Made by a program: the position numbers and the translations under genes | Shown: in pieces, positions 11,158 through 29,393 of the stretch | Numbering within the stretch: the first letter of the stretch is position 1 | Layout of the letters: the number at the start of each line of letters is the position of its first letter | The notes under the pieces: model-generated | Told to the model about the DNA's origin: nothing | Database searches by the model: none | The model's input: only the letters and a program-made list of their open reading frames with translations | DNA from: Octopus vulgaris | Taxonomy: Eukaryota | DNA length: 64,000 nt | Reading direction: 5' to 3' | Assembly: GCA_951406725.2 (NCBI GenBank) | Contig: OX597828.1 | Coordinates: forward strand, 744,001 to 808,000

Positions 11158-12427
11158 CGAGGGGCGTTCAATAAGTAATGCTCCTGACTCACTTGCAGTT
11201 GTTTGATCTAGCTGAAATTTTGCGTGTGCACTCATTTATACCTCTATAGATTAAGTGGCGAATTACAGCTCTGAACTAATTGTGGTTTCTGATTTACAGG
11301 TGTTTGAACTGAGTCAAGTGTGAAATGGAGCCTGTTGAGTGTCGAGCAGTGATCTGGTTTTTGTATTTGAAAGGACGCACACCACGGGAGACTTTTGATG
11401 AAATGAAAGTAACTTATGGTGATGATGCCCCGTCATATGACCTTGTAAAACGCTGGCATTGTGAATTCAAACATAGTCGGAACTCTGTGGAAACAGCTCC
11501 CAGATCTGGTCGCCCCCTTCTGCCGTTGATGAGACGTCTGTCCGTCAAGTTGAGGCTGCCATTTTGGAAGGTCAACGCATAACTATTCGCCAAATAGCCC
11601 ATAAGCTCAAGATTAGTACCGGGTCTGTGGAAACTATCATTCATGACCATTTGCATATGCAAAAGGTGTCTGCCAGATGGATTTCCAGGTTGCTCACACC
11701 TTTCCAGAAGCAAGAACGCGTTGAGTGCTCGAGGATGAATTTGGAGATGTGCCAAGAAGATGAGTCAAAATTTTTCAAAAGACTGATCACACAGGATAAA
11801 ACCTGGGTCCATCACTATGATCCATAGACCAAAGCCCAGTCAATGCAGTGAAAGCACCGTGACTCACCTCCTCCAAAGAAGGCAAGGGTGCAGCCCTCCG
11901 CTGACAAGGTTATGCTCACAGTCTTCTGGGACCAGGACGGAGTAGTGATGACAGATTTCCTGGCAAAGGGTACCACAATTACAGGAGCCTATTATGCTTC
12001 AATTTTGAGGAAATTAAGAGAAACTATCAAAATCAAGAGGCGGGGCAAGATCAGCAAAGGCATCCTCCTCCTGCATGACAACGCTCCGGTCCACAACTCG
12101 CGTGTCGCCAGATCAGAAGCACAGGCGTGCAGCTATGAACTCCTCCCCTTGCACCCTCTGATTTTCACCTCTTCCCAGCCATGAAATTGATTTTGAAAGG
12201 AAAGCGTTTCCCAGATGATGCAGCCTTGATTTCTGAAGTCAGGTCGTGGTTGGAGGACCAAGCTGGGGTCTTCTACAAAAACGGTCTCCAGAGCTGTATC
12301 AAACGATGGGAGAAATGCATAACTCTGGGTAGTTCCTATGTAGGAAAAGACTAATAACTGTGCCAAGTGTCGTTGCTCTACTGCTATGGGAAGTGGATCA
12401 GGGGCATTACTTATTGAACGCCCCTCG
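11158..12427 (+). mobile_element. Full-length mariner (Tc1/mariner DD34D, Hsmar2/irritans-like TIR), transposase disrupted
   Basis: TA|CGAGGGGCGTTCAATAAGTAATGC ... GCATTACTTATTGAACGCCCCTCG|TA; motifs QDKTWVHHYDP and LLHDNAPVH; contains a frameshift, stops and a deletion near YSPDLAP. Confidence 0.95.
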
Positions 12428-13184
12428 TATCTATTAATTACTCATCGTTATCCTCCATGTTACCCGTCATATGACGGGTAACTTTGGAAGTATACGTTTG
12501 CCACCATGAATAATATCAGGAAGAATGGCATTCATCCAATAATTATTATTTTACTTTTATTAAATTTCTTGATGTCTATACAAAATGATGAAGACTTCGT
12601 GGATTCATTTGTACTCTCTTTCCTGGAAAATACAAAGCGAATTCTGTAACAGTAGCGTTGCAGAAACATCACTGAATACTGAGTCATTGTATTCGATTGT
12701 ACCTAAAATTATATAACTTATGTGGTTAGTGAGTTGTTGGGTATCCACTGCTGCTTTAGATTTTGTTTTAACCTCAATTCCTTGTAGAGAAGTGCTGGGC
12801 AACACAGCCATTAGCAGCATCTTCCTTTCAAAATTCCAAGATATTCAAACACTACTTAAATTGTAGAGTATCTTCCCTCTTCTTAATCTATAAATCTCTT
12901 GCAGATTGAGGGTTTATATTTTCAGGGGGTTTTTTTTGTTTTCGTTAGAATACATTAAAAAAAAATAAGGTAAAAGTAAAACGAAATCTAATTATAGACG
13001 AAGGAATTACATTTTTATTTTGTTTGCTCGAGGAAGAAGAAAGGCAACTCCTTTTACTATTTTGTCCTGTTTTTCTTTTTTCCTGGCCACAAAATGACTA
13101 AACAAGAAAATGATTTCTTCTGATGTAGTGATGTGTTGTGATGTTGTGATATGATGTATTTTACACGATGTATTTATTTTGTAG

Positions 13185-13241
13185 TAAACAGGAATACAAT
13201 TTAGATGATATTAAATATAAACAAGAAGGATTTGGTGACAG

Positions 13242-13284
<43 letters not shown>

Positions 13285-13560
13285 AGAGGAGGTGGCGGTG
13301 GTGGTGGTGTTGGTCGTGCTTTTGTAGGTGCTGGTGGAGACGGTGGTGCTGGTGGAGCCGGTGGTACTGGTGCTGGAGGTGACGGTGATCGTGATGGAAA
13401 CTCAGAGGCCTATGGTGGATGTGAGGCTAAAGAAATGAAACGTCACCACAGAAAGTTGGAGTCAAGTTACTGTTCCGTTGATAGAAGAAGTTCTGAAGTC
13501 AAACTCCCAAAGACGCATCGAAGCACTCTGCAGAAGACTATTCACAGCTCATCAACTTCT
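13185..13560 (+). CDS. Host WD40-repeat gene, exon g (poly-Asp/Gly-rich low-complexity linker)
   Basis: tattttgtag| ... |gtgagt; phase 2 to phase 0 exactly bridges exons f and h; open frame. Confidence 0.7.
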
Positions 13561-13974
13561 GTGAGTAATTCCCTTATGCCGAATCATCTTTAGAGCAGCT
13601 GCGGTCCTTTTCAATACAATTCTGCCGTCAATATATGACTTGTGGTGGAATCATGAAAGACGAGATCTTTGTTTTCTTTTGTATTTCTGGTAAATAGGCA
13701 ACGAATAATATAGGCACCACCGAAGACCGAACTGTAACAATGTATTTTCCTTAACGGACCATATCTCATTTATTATATTTTACTGTTTTATTGAATACTC
13801 TACTCTAGTTTTGATCGTCACTCTCGCCTTATGAATATCACGATAACTGTTACTTAACATCACAGTCTACATTTTCACAGCGAATCTCTCTCTCTCGCTC
13901 GCTCTCTTTATATATACATGTGTGTGTATATATATGTATATATATACATGTATATGTATGTGTGTATATATATA

Positions 13975-14154
13975 GGGAGAGTTCACAAAAAAAAAACAAA
14001 AGACGAAGACAGGTGGTGTACAAAACAAACAGATGTATTAGTATAACGCTCATGAATTGAAAAAGTCTTTTACGTTTAGAGCCTACGCTCTTCTACAGAA
14101 AGGGACGCAGAAAAAACAAGGAGAGAAAAAATGTGTGTAGTGGCTAACGATCTC

Positions 14155-14199
<45 letters not shown>

Positions 14200-14202
14200 G
14201 TC

Positions 14203-14255
<53 letters not shown>

Positions 14256-14282
14256 CGTGTATGTATATATATAAATAATAAC

Positions 14283-14331
<49 letters not shown>

Positions 14332-14783
14332 TGATAACAAAAGGACGAATGAGACCTCGATATTATGTAAATAAAGGAATTTGTCCATAAGTATAAAATA
14401 TAGGACAAACAGTAAGTTGTCATAATAATACTCAGAGTTTCAAATACCGATGATAAAAGCTTCTAGGCATTTATCATCAGTTGTTAAGACAACAACGCTA
14501 TGAAAACAAAAACCGTTGAATAAAGGGAAGTTATTCTAATAGGCGTGGTAAATAAAAGTAAAAGATATAAAATATTATAAAAATATAACCACATACACAT
14601 AAAGATACAATATATATATTTTTTTTCTCTCCTTGTTTCTTTTCTGTGTATCTTTCTGTCGAAGAGCGTAGGCTCGAAACGTAAATGACTTGTTTTATTT
14701 CTATTCCTGAGCGCCATACTAATACAATTGTTTGTTTGTACTCCACCTGCCTTCGTCTTTTGTTTATTTTCCTAAACCTTCCC

Positions 14784-14790
<7 letters not shown>
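13975..14790. mobile_element. Two oppositely oriented copies of a short Penelope pLTR-like repeat (third copy 47762-47950)
   Basis: 13980-14135 is a diverged reverse complement of 14620-14785; each carries a hammerhead-like core (CTGTCGAAGAGCGTAGGCTCGAAAC at 14.66 kb). Confidence 0.55.
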
Positions 14791-14850
<60 letters not shown>

Positions 14851-14876
14851 TATATCATATGTATTATATATATATA

Positions 14877-15720
14877 CTAGCAGAATTGCCCGGCGTTGCT
14901 CGGGGCTGAATTGCTTGAAAGTACTGTTAATGATTGCACTGAATTATGATGATTATTCAGGCAAATATTGATATAAGTTTACGGTGGGAGATAAGGACTT
15001 AACGATCAAACGTGTGCCACTGCATTGTTTTGGGGGAACCAAATTTCTGATGAGCATTATAGGGGCACCAACTTTAAGTTTGAGAAAGTGTGGTGGTAGT
15101 CCGGGGTGCTCAAAGGAATTGAGTACCTCTATTGGATAGTTGATGACGTCCTCTGGGTCAGGAGTTGTATCGATAGACTGATATACATAGACTTCCCCAG
15201 GAATGAGTTTTAGCATTTCATCATTAATATGGTGAACAGTTTTATTCCTCGGGGCCAGTATAGCCTTTTTGCCAATCCAATCCATATTCTGATAATTAGC
15301 TTGTAGATCTGGGAACACTGCATCTCTGAGATCAGAAGGCGTCTTAACAATGGTACAAATGGAATCGATGGCAATATTACCATTTTCATCCCCTGGTATT
15401 TTGCCTTCGCCAAGTGCAAGGAGGGTGTGAGAAATGCTGCTGATGTGATATTACGTCGCATATGAGAACGCATATTGGTGTGAAGTTTGAGAGTTACTTC
15501 CCTTTATTTAAAAAAATATGCATTAAAATGGAAAAAAATGATGGTAAATTATTTGTAAAATCATAGACTCATCGTAGACGCGCTCTAATACGCAGAAGGG
15601 CTCGATATGAATCACGACTATAAGATACCCGGTTTTGGTTAAACTGCATCGCAAAATGTGGGACTAGTTAGGAATCTAAATCGGAGTAGACAGACACACA
15701 ACCTTTCTTTTATATATAAA
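14877..15720 (-). mobile_element. Internally deleted Helitron retaining a PIF1-type helicase fragment
   Basis: 3' CTAG plus hairpin at 14877-14910. ORF 14953-15318 contains AILAPRN...PGLPPHFLKLKVGAPIMLIRNL...CSGTRLIV, the Helitron RepHel helicase C-terminus. The 5' part is shared with 17003-17305. Confidence 0.9.
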
Positions 15721-16843
15721 TATTTTCGTCCTAAAAAACTTTGTATGGATTGAATGGTTACCTCTATGGAAATATATACACGCACATTATACATACATGT
15801 GTGTATAGATGAATATATAAATGCATTTAAATATCTATATACACTTTTGGGCGATCTTTCTGTTTCTTAGAGATAACTTTAAATCTTATTTTCGTCCTAA
15901 AAAACTTTGTATGGAGTGAATGGTTACCTCTATGGAAATATATACACACACGTTATACATACATGGGTGCATAGATGAATATATAAATACATTTATATAT
16001 CTATATACACTTTTGGGCGATCTTTGTGCTACTTAGAGATAACTTTAGATCTTATTTTCGTCCTAAAAAACTTTGTATGGAGTGAATGGTTACGTCTATA
16101 GAAATATATACACACACGTTATACATACATCTGTGTATAGATGAATATATAAATACATTTAAATATCTATATACACTTTTGGGCGATCTTTCTGCTACTT
16201 GGATATACTTTAGATCTTATATTCGTCCTAAAAAACTTTGTATGGAGTGAAAGGTTACCTCTATGGAAATATATACACACATATTATACATACATCTGTG
16301 TATAGATGAATATATAAATACATTTAAATATCTATATACACTTTTGGGCGATCTTTCTGCTACTTGGATATAGGTCTTATATTCGTCCTAAAAAACTTTT
16401 CTGTCACACACCCACGCACACGCACACACACACACACACAGACCCTCACACACACACACACGCACACACACACGCACGTTAGCTTACAATTTTATTTATA
16501 TATTTGCGTGTCTATGTGTGTAAAGAGGAAGTGGGAGTCAGAGTGAAAGAGTCACTCACTACAAAAAGTGAATTACTTTCACTTTATTCGTTGCACACTG
16601 TGTGTGTGCGTTTGCGTGTGCTGTAGCCCGCACTAAGAAAAGCATTTGACTTATACACCACAATGTGAGTTTTCTCTAAATTTTGCTTAATTGGGGTTGA
16701 AATTTTAAAAACTGGACCTGGCACGACCCGATGCATTCTACTCTTAAAAATGCTAGGTAAATTGTAATTGAAGAAATCCTATATTGTAGATTTCTATAAG
16801 ATACAAAGGGAGGCAGATAAAATCTGCCTTTTATAATAAGAGA
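15721..16843 (-). mobile_element. Non-autonomous Helitron-like element with internal ~166-bp minisatellite
   Basis: Four ~166-bp units starting at 15721, 15887, 16053 and 16218. 5' end reads TCTCTTATTATAAAAGG on the - strand. Second copy at 52790-54477. Confidence 0.65.
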
Positions 16844-16845
16844 TA

Positions 16846-17305
<460 letters not shown>

Positions 17306-17338
17306 TATACATATATACTCTTTTACTCTTTTATATTT

Positions 17339-17557
<219 letters not shown>

Positions 17558-17627
17558 GATATATATACATATATATAAATATAAAAGAGTAAAAGAGCAT
17601 ATATGTATATCTATATATATAAAATGC

Positions 17628-18743
17628 GTTGAGTGTCGAGCAATGATCTGGTTTTTGTATTTGAAAGGACGCACACCACGGGAGACTTTTGATGAAATGA
17701 AAGTAACTTATGGTAATGATGCACCATCATATGACCTTGTAAAACGCTGGCATCGTGAATTCAAACATGGTCGGAACTCGGTGGAAACAGCTCCCAGATC
17801 TGGTCGCCCCCCTTCTGCAGTTGATGAGGCATCTGTCCGTCAAGTTGAGGCTGCCATTTTGGAAGATCGACGCATAACTATTCGCCAAATAGCCCACGGG
17901 GTCAAGATTAGTACCGGGTCTGTGGAAACTATCATTCATGACCATTTGCATATGCAAAAGGTGTCTGCCAGATGGATTTCCAGGTTGCTCACACCTTTCA
18001 GAAGCAAGAACGCGTCGAGTGCTCGAGGATGAATTTGGAGATGTGCCATGAAGATGAGTCAAAATTTTTCAAAAGACTGATTACACAGGATGAAACCTGG
18101 GTCCATCACTATGATCCAGAGACCAAAGCCCAGTCAATGCAGTGGAAGCACCGTGACTCACCTCCTCCAAAGAAGGCAAGGGTGCAGCCCTCCGCTGACA
18201 AGGTTATGCTCACAGTCTTCTGGGACCAGGACGGAGTATTGATAACAGATTTCCTGGCAAAGGGTACCACAATTACAGGAGCCTATTATGCTTCACTTTT
18301 GAGGAAATTAAGAGAAACTATCAAAATCAAGAGGCGGGGCAAGATCAGTAAAGGCATCCTCCTCCTGCAGGACAACGCTCCGGTCCACAACTCGCTTGTC
18401 GCTAGATCAGAAGCACAGGCGTGCGGCTATGAAATCCTCCCCCATCACCCCTACTCTCCTGACCTTGCACCCTCTGATTTTCACCTCTTTCCAGCCATGA
18501 AGTTGTTTTTGAAAGGAAAGCGTTTCTCAGATGATGCAGCTTTGATTTCTGAAGTCAGGTCGTGGTTGGAGGACCAAGCTGGGTCTTCTAAAAAATACGG
18601 TCTCCAGAGCTGCATTAAACGATAGGAGAAATGCGTAACTCTGGGTGGTTCCTATGTAGAGAAAGACTAATAACTGTGCAAAGTTTCGTTGCTCTACTGC
18701 TATGGGAAGTGGGTCAGGGGCATTACTTATTGAATGCTCCTCG
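17628..18743 (+). mobile_element. 5'-truncated mariner copy
   Basis: Same family as 11158; QDETW, QDNA and HHPYSPDLAPSDFHLF motifs; right TIR plus TA present, left TIR missing. Confidence 0.95.
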
Positions 18744-18878
18744 TAAGCCAGTAAACATTCAATTATATTTATTTATTAATTGATTACAAACATATGTGTA
18801 AGTGATCCAAGTAAACGAATTAAATAAGCCAATAAATTTATTGATTGTTTTAACGGACCTGAACAACGCCATTGTTTT

Positions 18879-18964
<86 letters not shown>

Positions 18965-19044
18965 CATATACATACGTATATCATATATATATATATACAT
19001 GTAATATATATATATCATATATATATATATACGTGTAATATATA

Positions 19045-22712
<3,668 letters not shown>

Positions 22713-22768
22713 TAGTTTATTCTTATCGACAGGAAACCTGACTTTTGTGTTTATCAATTCTTATTTAG

Positions 22769-22868
22769 AAAGATTTCAGGAAGGCACAGCGCGATGTAGG
22801 GATTCTGAAAGTTACCTTTGTCGAATCTCTCGACTTTCTAGTGATGGGATGTGAAGACGGTAAGATAT
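22769..22868 (+). CDS. Host WD40-repeat gene, exon h ([34 protein letters not shown])
   Basis: ttcttatttag| ... |gtaagt; joins exon i to give the WD motif GCEDGKIYVWGFD. Confidence 0.88.
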
Positions 22869-23858
22869 GTAAGTTAATGACTTGTTTCTTAATTAATTTT
22901 ATGTGTATGTATAAAGAACCAATGAAGGAGTCTTCCAGTGCGATCAATCAGAAATAGCAGCAAAAACACATACACTCGCACAGCACACACACACACACAC
23001 ACATGCATACACACGCATACATCCACACACATTATTAGGTAAATTACAGTCAGGAAGTCATACCAGTACTTTGGATTTCTTGCAAGATGAGCAGATCTGA
23101 CAAAATGTTTTCCGAAGGCAAAAAATATGATTTAGCGAAAATATGGCTATACAATTGTATATTAACTCAAAGTTAGATCTTTCAACTAAAGGAAAGGCGA
23201 CAAAAGTGCCCTATTATGAAGAAATCCATGGTATCATCCTGAGATCCTGGTTAAAATTTATAGAAGCAATAATAATGATTTTTATAATTAATACATGTTT
23301 TAAGAACAATCTACTTTTCGGTATTGAGTACTCTTTTTCCTTTTCTATTCGTTTTCCCCAGCGTATGTATAATTATATGTATAATGGTTTCAGTATTAAA
23401 TCCGTATCAGTACACGAAGTTTAAAGTGCAGACCTGAAATTTTATTCCTATTTTCAATCATTTTCTTTTTTGTTTTTCACTCATTTTCATTTTTCAGCTA
23501 TATGATACAATTCTATTAGCAACCATATGATATGTACATATATTGATCCTATACACACCTAAAAACCTCATGAATAAAAGCAGATCTCACTAGAGAGACA
23601 TATGTCTGCCATAAATACATATTTGTTTTATATATGTTATAATATATAACAAGTAAAATTGACTACTTTTCCATTAGTTTAAGTGTTTTGCTGGAAAGGC
23701 AGTCTTGAGTGGTATTTCACTCATTTTATCAAAGGCACTTGAAATACATACATATAACCATATATGTATATATATATGAAAGTATGTATGCACACACACG
23801 CATACACACGCACGCACGCACACACACACACACACACACACAGACATATATATATATG

Positions 23859-23911
<53 letters not shown>

Positions 23912-24779
23912 CCGTAATATCAGCGGTAAGCAGTGTTTAGGCATAAGATAAGTTTATGTTAGTTGAAATATGTGTGACATGTTACAACTACTAAAAAGCA
24001 AATTCACTGCAGTTACCGTGAGAGAAAAATTCTCTCGTATAGGGAAAAGGTATAAAAACATCATATCTGTCCGGCGTCGCCTCCTGTCAGGATTCGCAGA
24101 CATCGATGTTTCTAGTTCTGTAGCCGTTATCAATGGGAAATACCTAAGAGAGACAACTCTGAACAGACCTTATTGAAGCTATAGCTTTAATATACATTTT
24201 CCAAATCGAACTGTATTCCACAGAATATATATCTCACGTTGATTCTATTACAACCATTTCATTAGAATACCACTTTTAATATAAAGATAAACACCATAAC
24301 ACCATTAAATCGTGAACCACAAGTACAGTTCAGCTAGACATGAAAATGGATGAATTAAGAAAATAATTCTAAAAGTAACATGAGAACAAACTAGAAACAT
24401 AAGTAAAGACATTAGAAAATATCCTTTAAACTTATCTTTGTGCCTAGTCAGTTCCTATTCCCTAACAAAAATTGTTGCCATGGATCAGTAGGCTGTCTGA
24501 ATACCTCATCTAGTTTCCTCTTCATCGAGAACTATGTACAGCAATGAATTGATTAAAAACTTACCTGCTGTTTCATTTCCAATGATTGAGCAGCTGTCTC
24601 ACAAACTTTCGCCTCCTCTCTGTTGAATTATTCTACACCAGCTAGATTAATAAGCATTTCGACGGACAAAGGAAACGCAACACTTGCCTTTCTTTCATTG
24701 CTTGCTTTCTCCTCTTTATTCACCCTTATCCTTCTCGTTCCACTAGTAATTTGTCGAGTTTTTTCATAGACTACGGTCC

Positions 24780-24970
24780 TGGTTTTCAAATAGGACTAAC
24801 TATGTACATTGAGCCTGAAGGATTGCTTGACCTCATAAAACAATTTGTAAAGACACCAGCCACGAACATCTCAGAAGGTTTCGAATATGTAAAAGCTACA
24901 CTTCCAAAAATTACCGAGGTAAAACTGAAAAAAGTCGAATTCGTAGATCCGCAGATAGAAGAACTCTTAT
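24780..24970 (+). pseudogene. DNA transposase relic (Chapaev3/CMC-like)
   Basis: LDLIKQFVK...EGFEYVKATLPKITEVKLKKVEFVDPQIEEL resembles the LGLMKQFVKAL...FPKLSEAKIKEGIFVGPQI block recalled from such transposases; family assignment tentative. Confidence 0.45.
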
Positions 24971-25285
24971 TGACAACCACTTCTTCACGACACCGGATAA
25001 GAGTGAGTTTAAAGCCTGGAAACCCTTTAGGTGGCTCTGCTATTATATCTCTCTCGTTTATACTTTGATATGCACCCTACGAATATTCATGGATTTCCGG
25101 GTGTATCTTCAGTAATACGACCTGTTTTTGTTGTGAAAATATACCTGGTTGCCGATACCCGCAGACGGGCTTTAAAAAGCAAACTACAAGTTTCATATCA
25201 AAATTTGATTAATAGTTGTGTGCGCATATGCGAATGTGTGTGCGCGCGAGCGTGTTAGTGCGCATATGTGAGTGTATGTGAATGC

Positions 25286-25316
<31 letters not shown>

Positions 25317-25383
25317 TGCTTGTGTGTATGTATATGCACACGCACATACCATCGTATACAAATAACTATGAATGTATTCGTAG

Positions 25384-25514
25384 ATGTTTGGGGATTTGAT
25401 GTCAGAGCAGCGGAGAAACTACAAAAGATTATCCCCAAGGAAGATAACATAGCAGAAACTAAATATTCGGTTCTCTTAGACAAACAGTCTGAGCTACTGA
25501 AAATCAAGAATGCA
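25384..25514 (+). CDS. Host WD40-repeat gene, exon i (VWGFDVRAAEKLQKIIPKEDNIAETKYSVLLDKQSELLKIKNA)
   Basis: tattcgtag| ... |gtaagt; phase 1 to phase 0. Confidence 0.85.
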
Positions 25515-26122
25515 GTAAGTTGTGATCTATCTTCTTCATCCCCTTTTTATTTTTCTAATGTGTTTTTTGGGCTGCGCGATCGCCAAACGCATGTACGTGT
25601 ACATATACATGTATCTACGACTATAAACATACATACATACATACATACATACATACATACATACATACATACATACATACATACATACATACATACACAC
25701 GCGCACGCACACAAACATACAGATACAGACACACACGTTAGATTTACTCATGCCTTTATATAGTCCCATTGCGTAAAAATCTTTGGGTGTGTAGGTTTCA
25801 GTAGAATGGAAATTGGGTTTTTATGGTTGGTTGTTATAGAGAGGTGTTTTGAAGATATTTTTTCTTTGATTAGAATTTGGGGTCATGCATTGCTGATAAT
25901 CTATTCATGTATGTAGAACTTTGTAAAGAAGAGTTTGTTTCTTTTATGTTAGGTATGCACATGGTGTGGCAATATTTTTGTTGCTTTTGATATTATTGTG
26001 TTTTTATGCAAGATGGAGACGAATACCAACGTCCCATGTGGTAGACTTGAACAATTATTGTGAGATGCCTCTCTTAACATGAAACATGAAACCAATCATA
26101 CTTTGGATATCCCATGAATAAA

Positions 26123-26166
<44 letters not shown>

Positions 26167-26279
26167 TTACATACATTCAAAGGTCGATGTATATATTCAT
26201 TCAATCCATATTAACGAAATTCTCCATGGTATACAAAACACATACATAGATGCATTCAGCTATATGAAATATATAGCCG

Positions 26280-26762
26280 AATAAGCCTAAAAAAAACTGT
26301 TAAGTATATCCACACCTTATCAAACCATCCCCAAACTGTCATTAAGGAGGTGTGTCGATAAGAATATCTAATTTATCCGCCAATGAAAAAATACTTAACG
26401 AGTTTGCACCCCTTTATAATGCAGCACTAAAAGACAGCGGTTTTAACAGTGAAATATACTATATTAAAAACACAATATTTAAAAACAAATTAGGCAACCA
26501 GTTTCCAAATATTACAAATTATAGCGATAACACATATCCTATAAACAACCTCACCGAATATAGAAACCAACAACACATTAGAAGTCACTGTATAATTTTC
26601 AAGTATAGCAAAAACGATACGGGGCAGAATAGGAACTATTCTGGGAGGAAACGAGAAATTGTATGGTTTACACCCCACTTCTCCCTCCAGATAAGAAACC
26701 CACCTCAGTTATTTTTTAGCATTATCGATAGGAACTTCCCACTTGGTCATAAAAAACAACTA
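26280..26762 (+). pseudogene. Penelope-like element fragment (post-RT domain)
   Basis: YIHTLSNHP...RISNLSANEKILNEFAPLYNAALKDSGF...REIVWFTPHFSLQI...IIDRNFP. Confidence 0.75.
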
Positions 26763-29215
26763 GGACGTATAACATTCTGGATCTCTGCTTCACGAACAAT
26801 ATGGACATCATTCATGATGTGAAAGTGACACCGACATTAGTTTCGGATCACAACATAATAGAGCTGTCTATGCTTGGGCCGAAAGTAACCAGAAACATAC
26901 AGCCTAAAGGAAGCACCCGAAATCTTTCCAATCTGAACTTCCACAAAGCAGATTGGAAATCGATCCAAAAAGAGATCCTCAGAGAGGACTGGCCGAAATG
27001 TCTCTCCTCACCAGACATTGACATAAAACTAGAATGTTTCATGTCTTCTGTGCAAGCCATATGCCAGAAAAATGTCTCGGAGCACAAGGCCAAAGCAAAT
27101 AGGAGCAAGATTCCAAGAGATAGGAAGATCCTCGTGAGACGAGGGACGAAGGTTGCAAATCGACTCAACCAACATCCCAAAAGCAGCGAAACGTCCCGCC
27201 TAAAAACAACACTGATAGAGATTGAAAAAAGGCTGCAACAATCCTATGTGAGGGAGAAAGCAGACAAAGAAGCCTGGGTTATAAAAAACATTAAGTCAAA
27301 CCCAAAGGCCTTCTTTCATTACGCGAAAGAAACAGCCTCAGTACACTACAAGATAGGACCCCTCCTCCAAAAGGATGGCTCCCTCACAGACAGTCCAACT
27401 AAGATCAGTGAGACGCTGAATGACCAGTTCAAAAGTGTCTTTACCACCCCGTTGGAAGACAGACAAGTGAACGAACCAGTGGACTTCTTTGCCGCCTCAC
27501 CTATAACCAGCGAGGCAGTTACAATAGAATACAGTGACATTAGCGAAAAAGATATACTACTAGCCATAGATGAAGCGGACACAAACTCAACTGCTGGTTC
27601 TGATGGTTTCCCAGCAATCCTCCTCAAATCGTGTAAACATTCCCAGGCAAAACCCCTCAAGATTCTCTTCCAGAGCTTTCTTACAAATGGCAAACTGCCA
27701 AGCAAGCTGAAGGAGGGAATAATATGCCCAATACATAAAGGGGGAAGTAGAGCAGATGCCAAAAACTATAGGCCTATCTCTCTGACTTCACACATCAGCA
27801 AAGTCATGGAACGGATAGTCAGAGGGAAACTAATTGCATTCCCTGAAAGAAATAACTTGCTAAGTGACACCCAACATGGTTTTCGACCATGTAGGAGCTG
27901 CCTGACCCAGCTCTTACAACATTATGACTGGGTGTTGAGGCAGTTACTCAACAAATCAAATGTGGATGTAATATACCTTGATTTTGCAAAAGCTTTTGAC
28001 AAGGTGGATCATGGCATGATATGCCACAAACTACGTGACCTCGGCATAGCTGGAAAACTTGGCGTGTGGTTACATGACTTCCTGAATGATCAGAGTCAGG
28101 CAGTAGTGGCTAATGGAGCCACCTCTATGAACACACAAATAGTGAGCGGTGTTCCACAGGGCACTGTCTTAGGACCACTGCTTTTTATAGTGGCCTTCTC
28201 AGATATGCCCTCAAATGCCCAGATAGTCACTCTGGCAAGCTATGCAGATGATACAAAAGTCTCAAAAAAAACAGAACCCCAGCGATGTTGCACACCTGCA
28301 GCATGAGTTGGACTCAATTTACAGATGGGCTGAGGATAATAATATGCAGTTTAATGCTGAAAAATTCCAAGCCTTGCGCTACCAGCATCCAAAACTGAAT
28401 ATTAAACCTACACGGTACACTGGTCCACAGGGAATTTTAATCCCAGAGCCTAAGTCAGTGAGGGACCTGGGTATGGACATGAGTGATGATACCTCTTTCC
28501 AAGTGCACATTACCAGGATGGCGACAAAGTGCAGACGACTAGCTGGATGGATCCTAAGAACATTCAGAACCAGAGATAAGGAAATCATGATGGTCCTCTA
28601 GAGGACATTCGTCCTCAGCCGCCTGGATTACTGCTCACAGCTATGGTCACCCACCAGTGTGAAATTAACAGCGGACCTTGAAGCAATCCAGAGAAGATTC
28701 ACAAAGAAGATCGTCTCTTTGCAACAGCTCAGCTACTGGGAAAGGTTGAAGCAGATAAGACTCTACTTCCTGGAGAGAAGGCGGGAGAGGTATGCAGTAA
28801 TATATATCTGGAAGATCCTGGAAGGAATTGTGCCAAATTTTGGCATTGAAAGCTACACCAATGCCAGAACGGGACGACACTGCACAGTGCCAAAGATCCC
28901 AGCAATACCATCACGCTTCAGGACCAATTACTGCAACAGCCTGGGTTTCAAGGGTCCACAGCTTTTTAATATTCTCCCAAAGAGTCTGAGGAACTTGCAT
29001 AAAGTAGATGTAGGGGCTTTTAAATCAAAGCTGGACCTCTTTTTGTCGAGTGTCCCAGATGAGCCTACCTCACGGCAAGAGGTGCAAATGAGGGTAGCTA
29101 TATCAAATTCCATTCTTCATCAAGTGCCACATATTAGAGGAGGCTCCTAGTAATAACAGTGTAGCGCAAAACAGCGGTGCATCAGCATGGCCGCAGGTCT
29201 GAGCAGAAACTTTTT
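26763..29215 (+). mobile_element. 5'-truncated CR1-group LINE (end of APE, RT, 3' UTR)
   Basis: ORFs 26801-28306, 28242-28601 and 28659-29150 carry the full RT motif set; related to the 19-22.6 kb copy. Confidence 0.92.
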
Positions 29216-29393
29216 TTTAAAATATTATATATATATATATATATAAATAGATGAGTGTATTTTACCTTGTTAACAATTAACACGGATAAATGAATGAATA
29301 GTTACCAGGGCAGCAAAAATCTCACAAGTAAAGATGTTGTAACTCCTTGTTTATAAAGGTTGAAACTTCGTGTTTACGTTGAATATTTGAATA

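Noticed and set aside
12458-12482. 24-bp perfect palindrome GTTACCCGTCATATGACGGGTAAC
   Set aside because: Isolated; possibly a decayed Helitron 3' hairpin, but no CTAG end or matching 5' end can be shown.
15721-16400. Regularly spaced repeats as a CRISPR-like array
   Set aside because: Whole units repeat with no unique spacers; eukaryotic context and no cas genes.
22860-22868. Earlier donor GACG|GTAAGA for exon h
   Set aside because: Same phase, but it deletes GKIY from the WD motif; the downstream ATAT|GTAAGT gives GCEDGKIYVW. It may be a minor alternative site.
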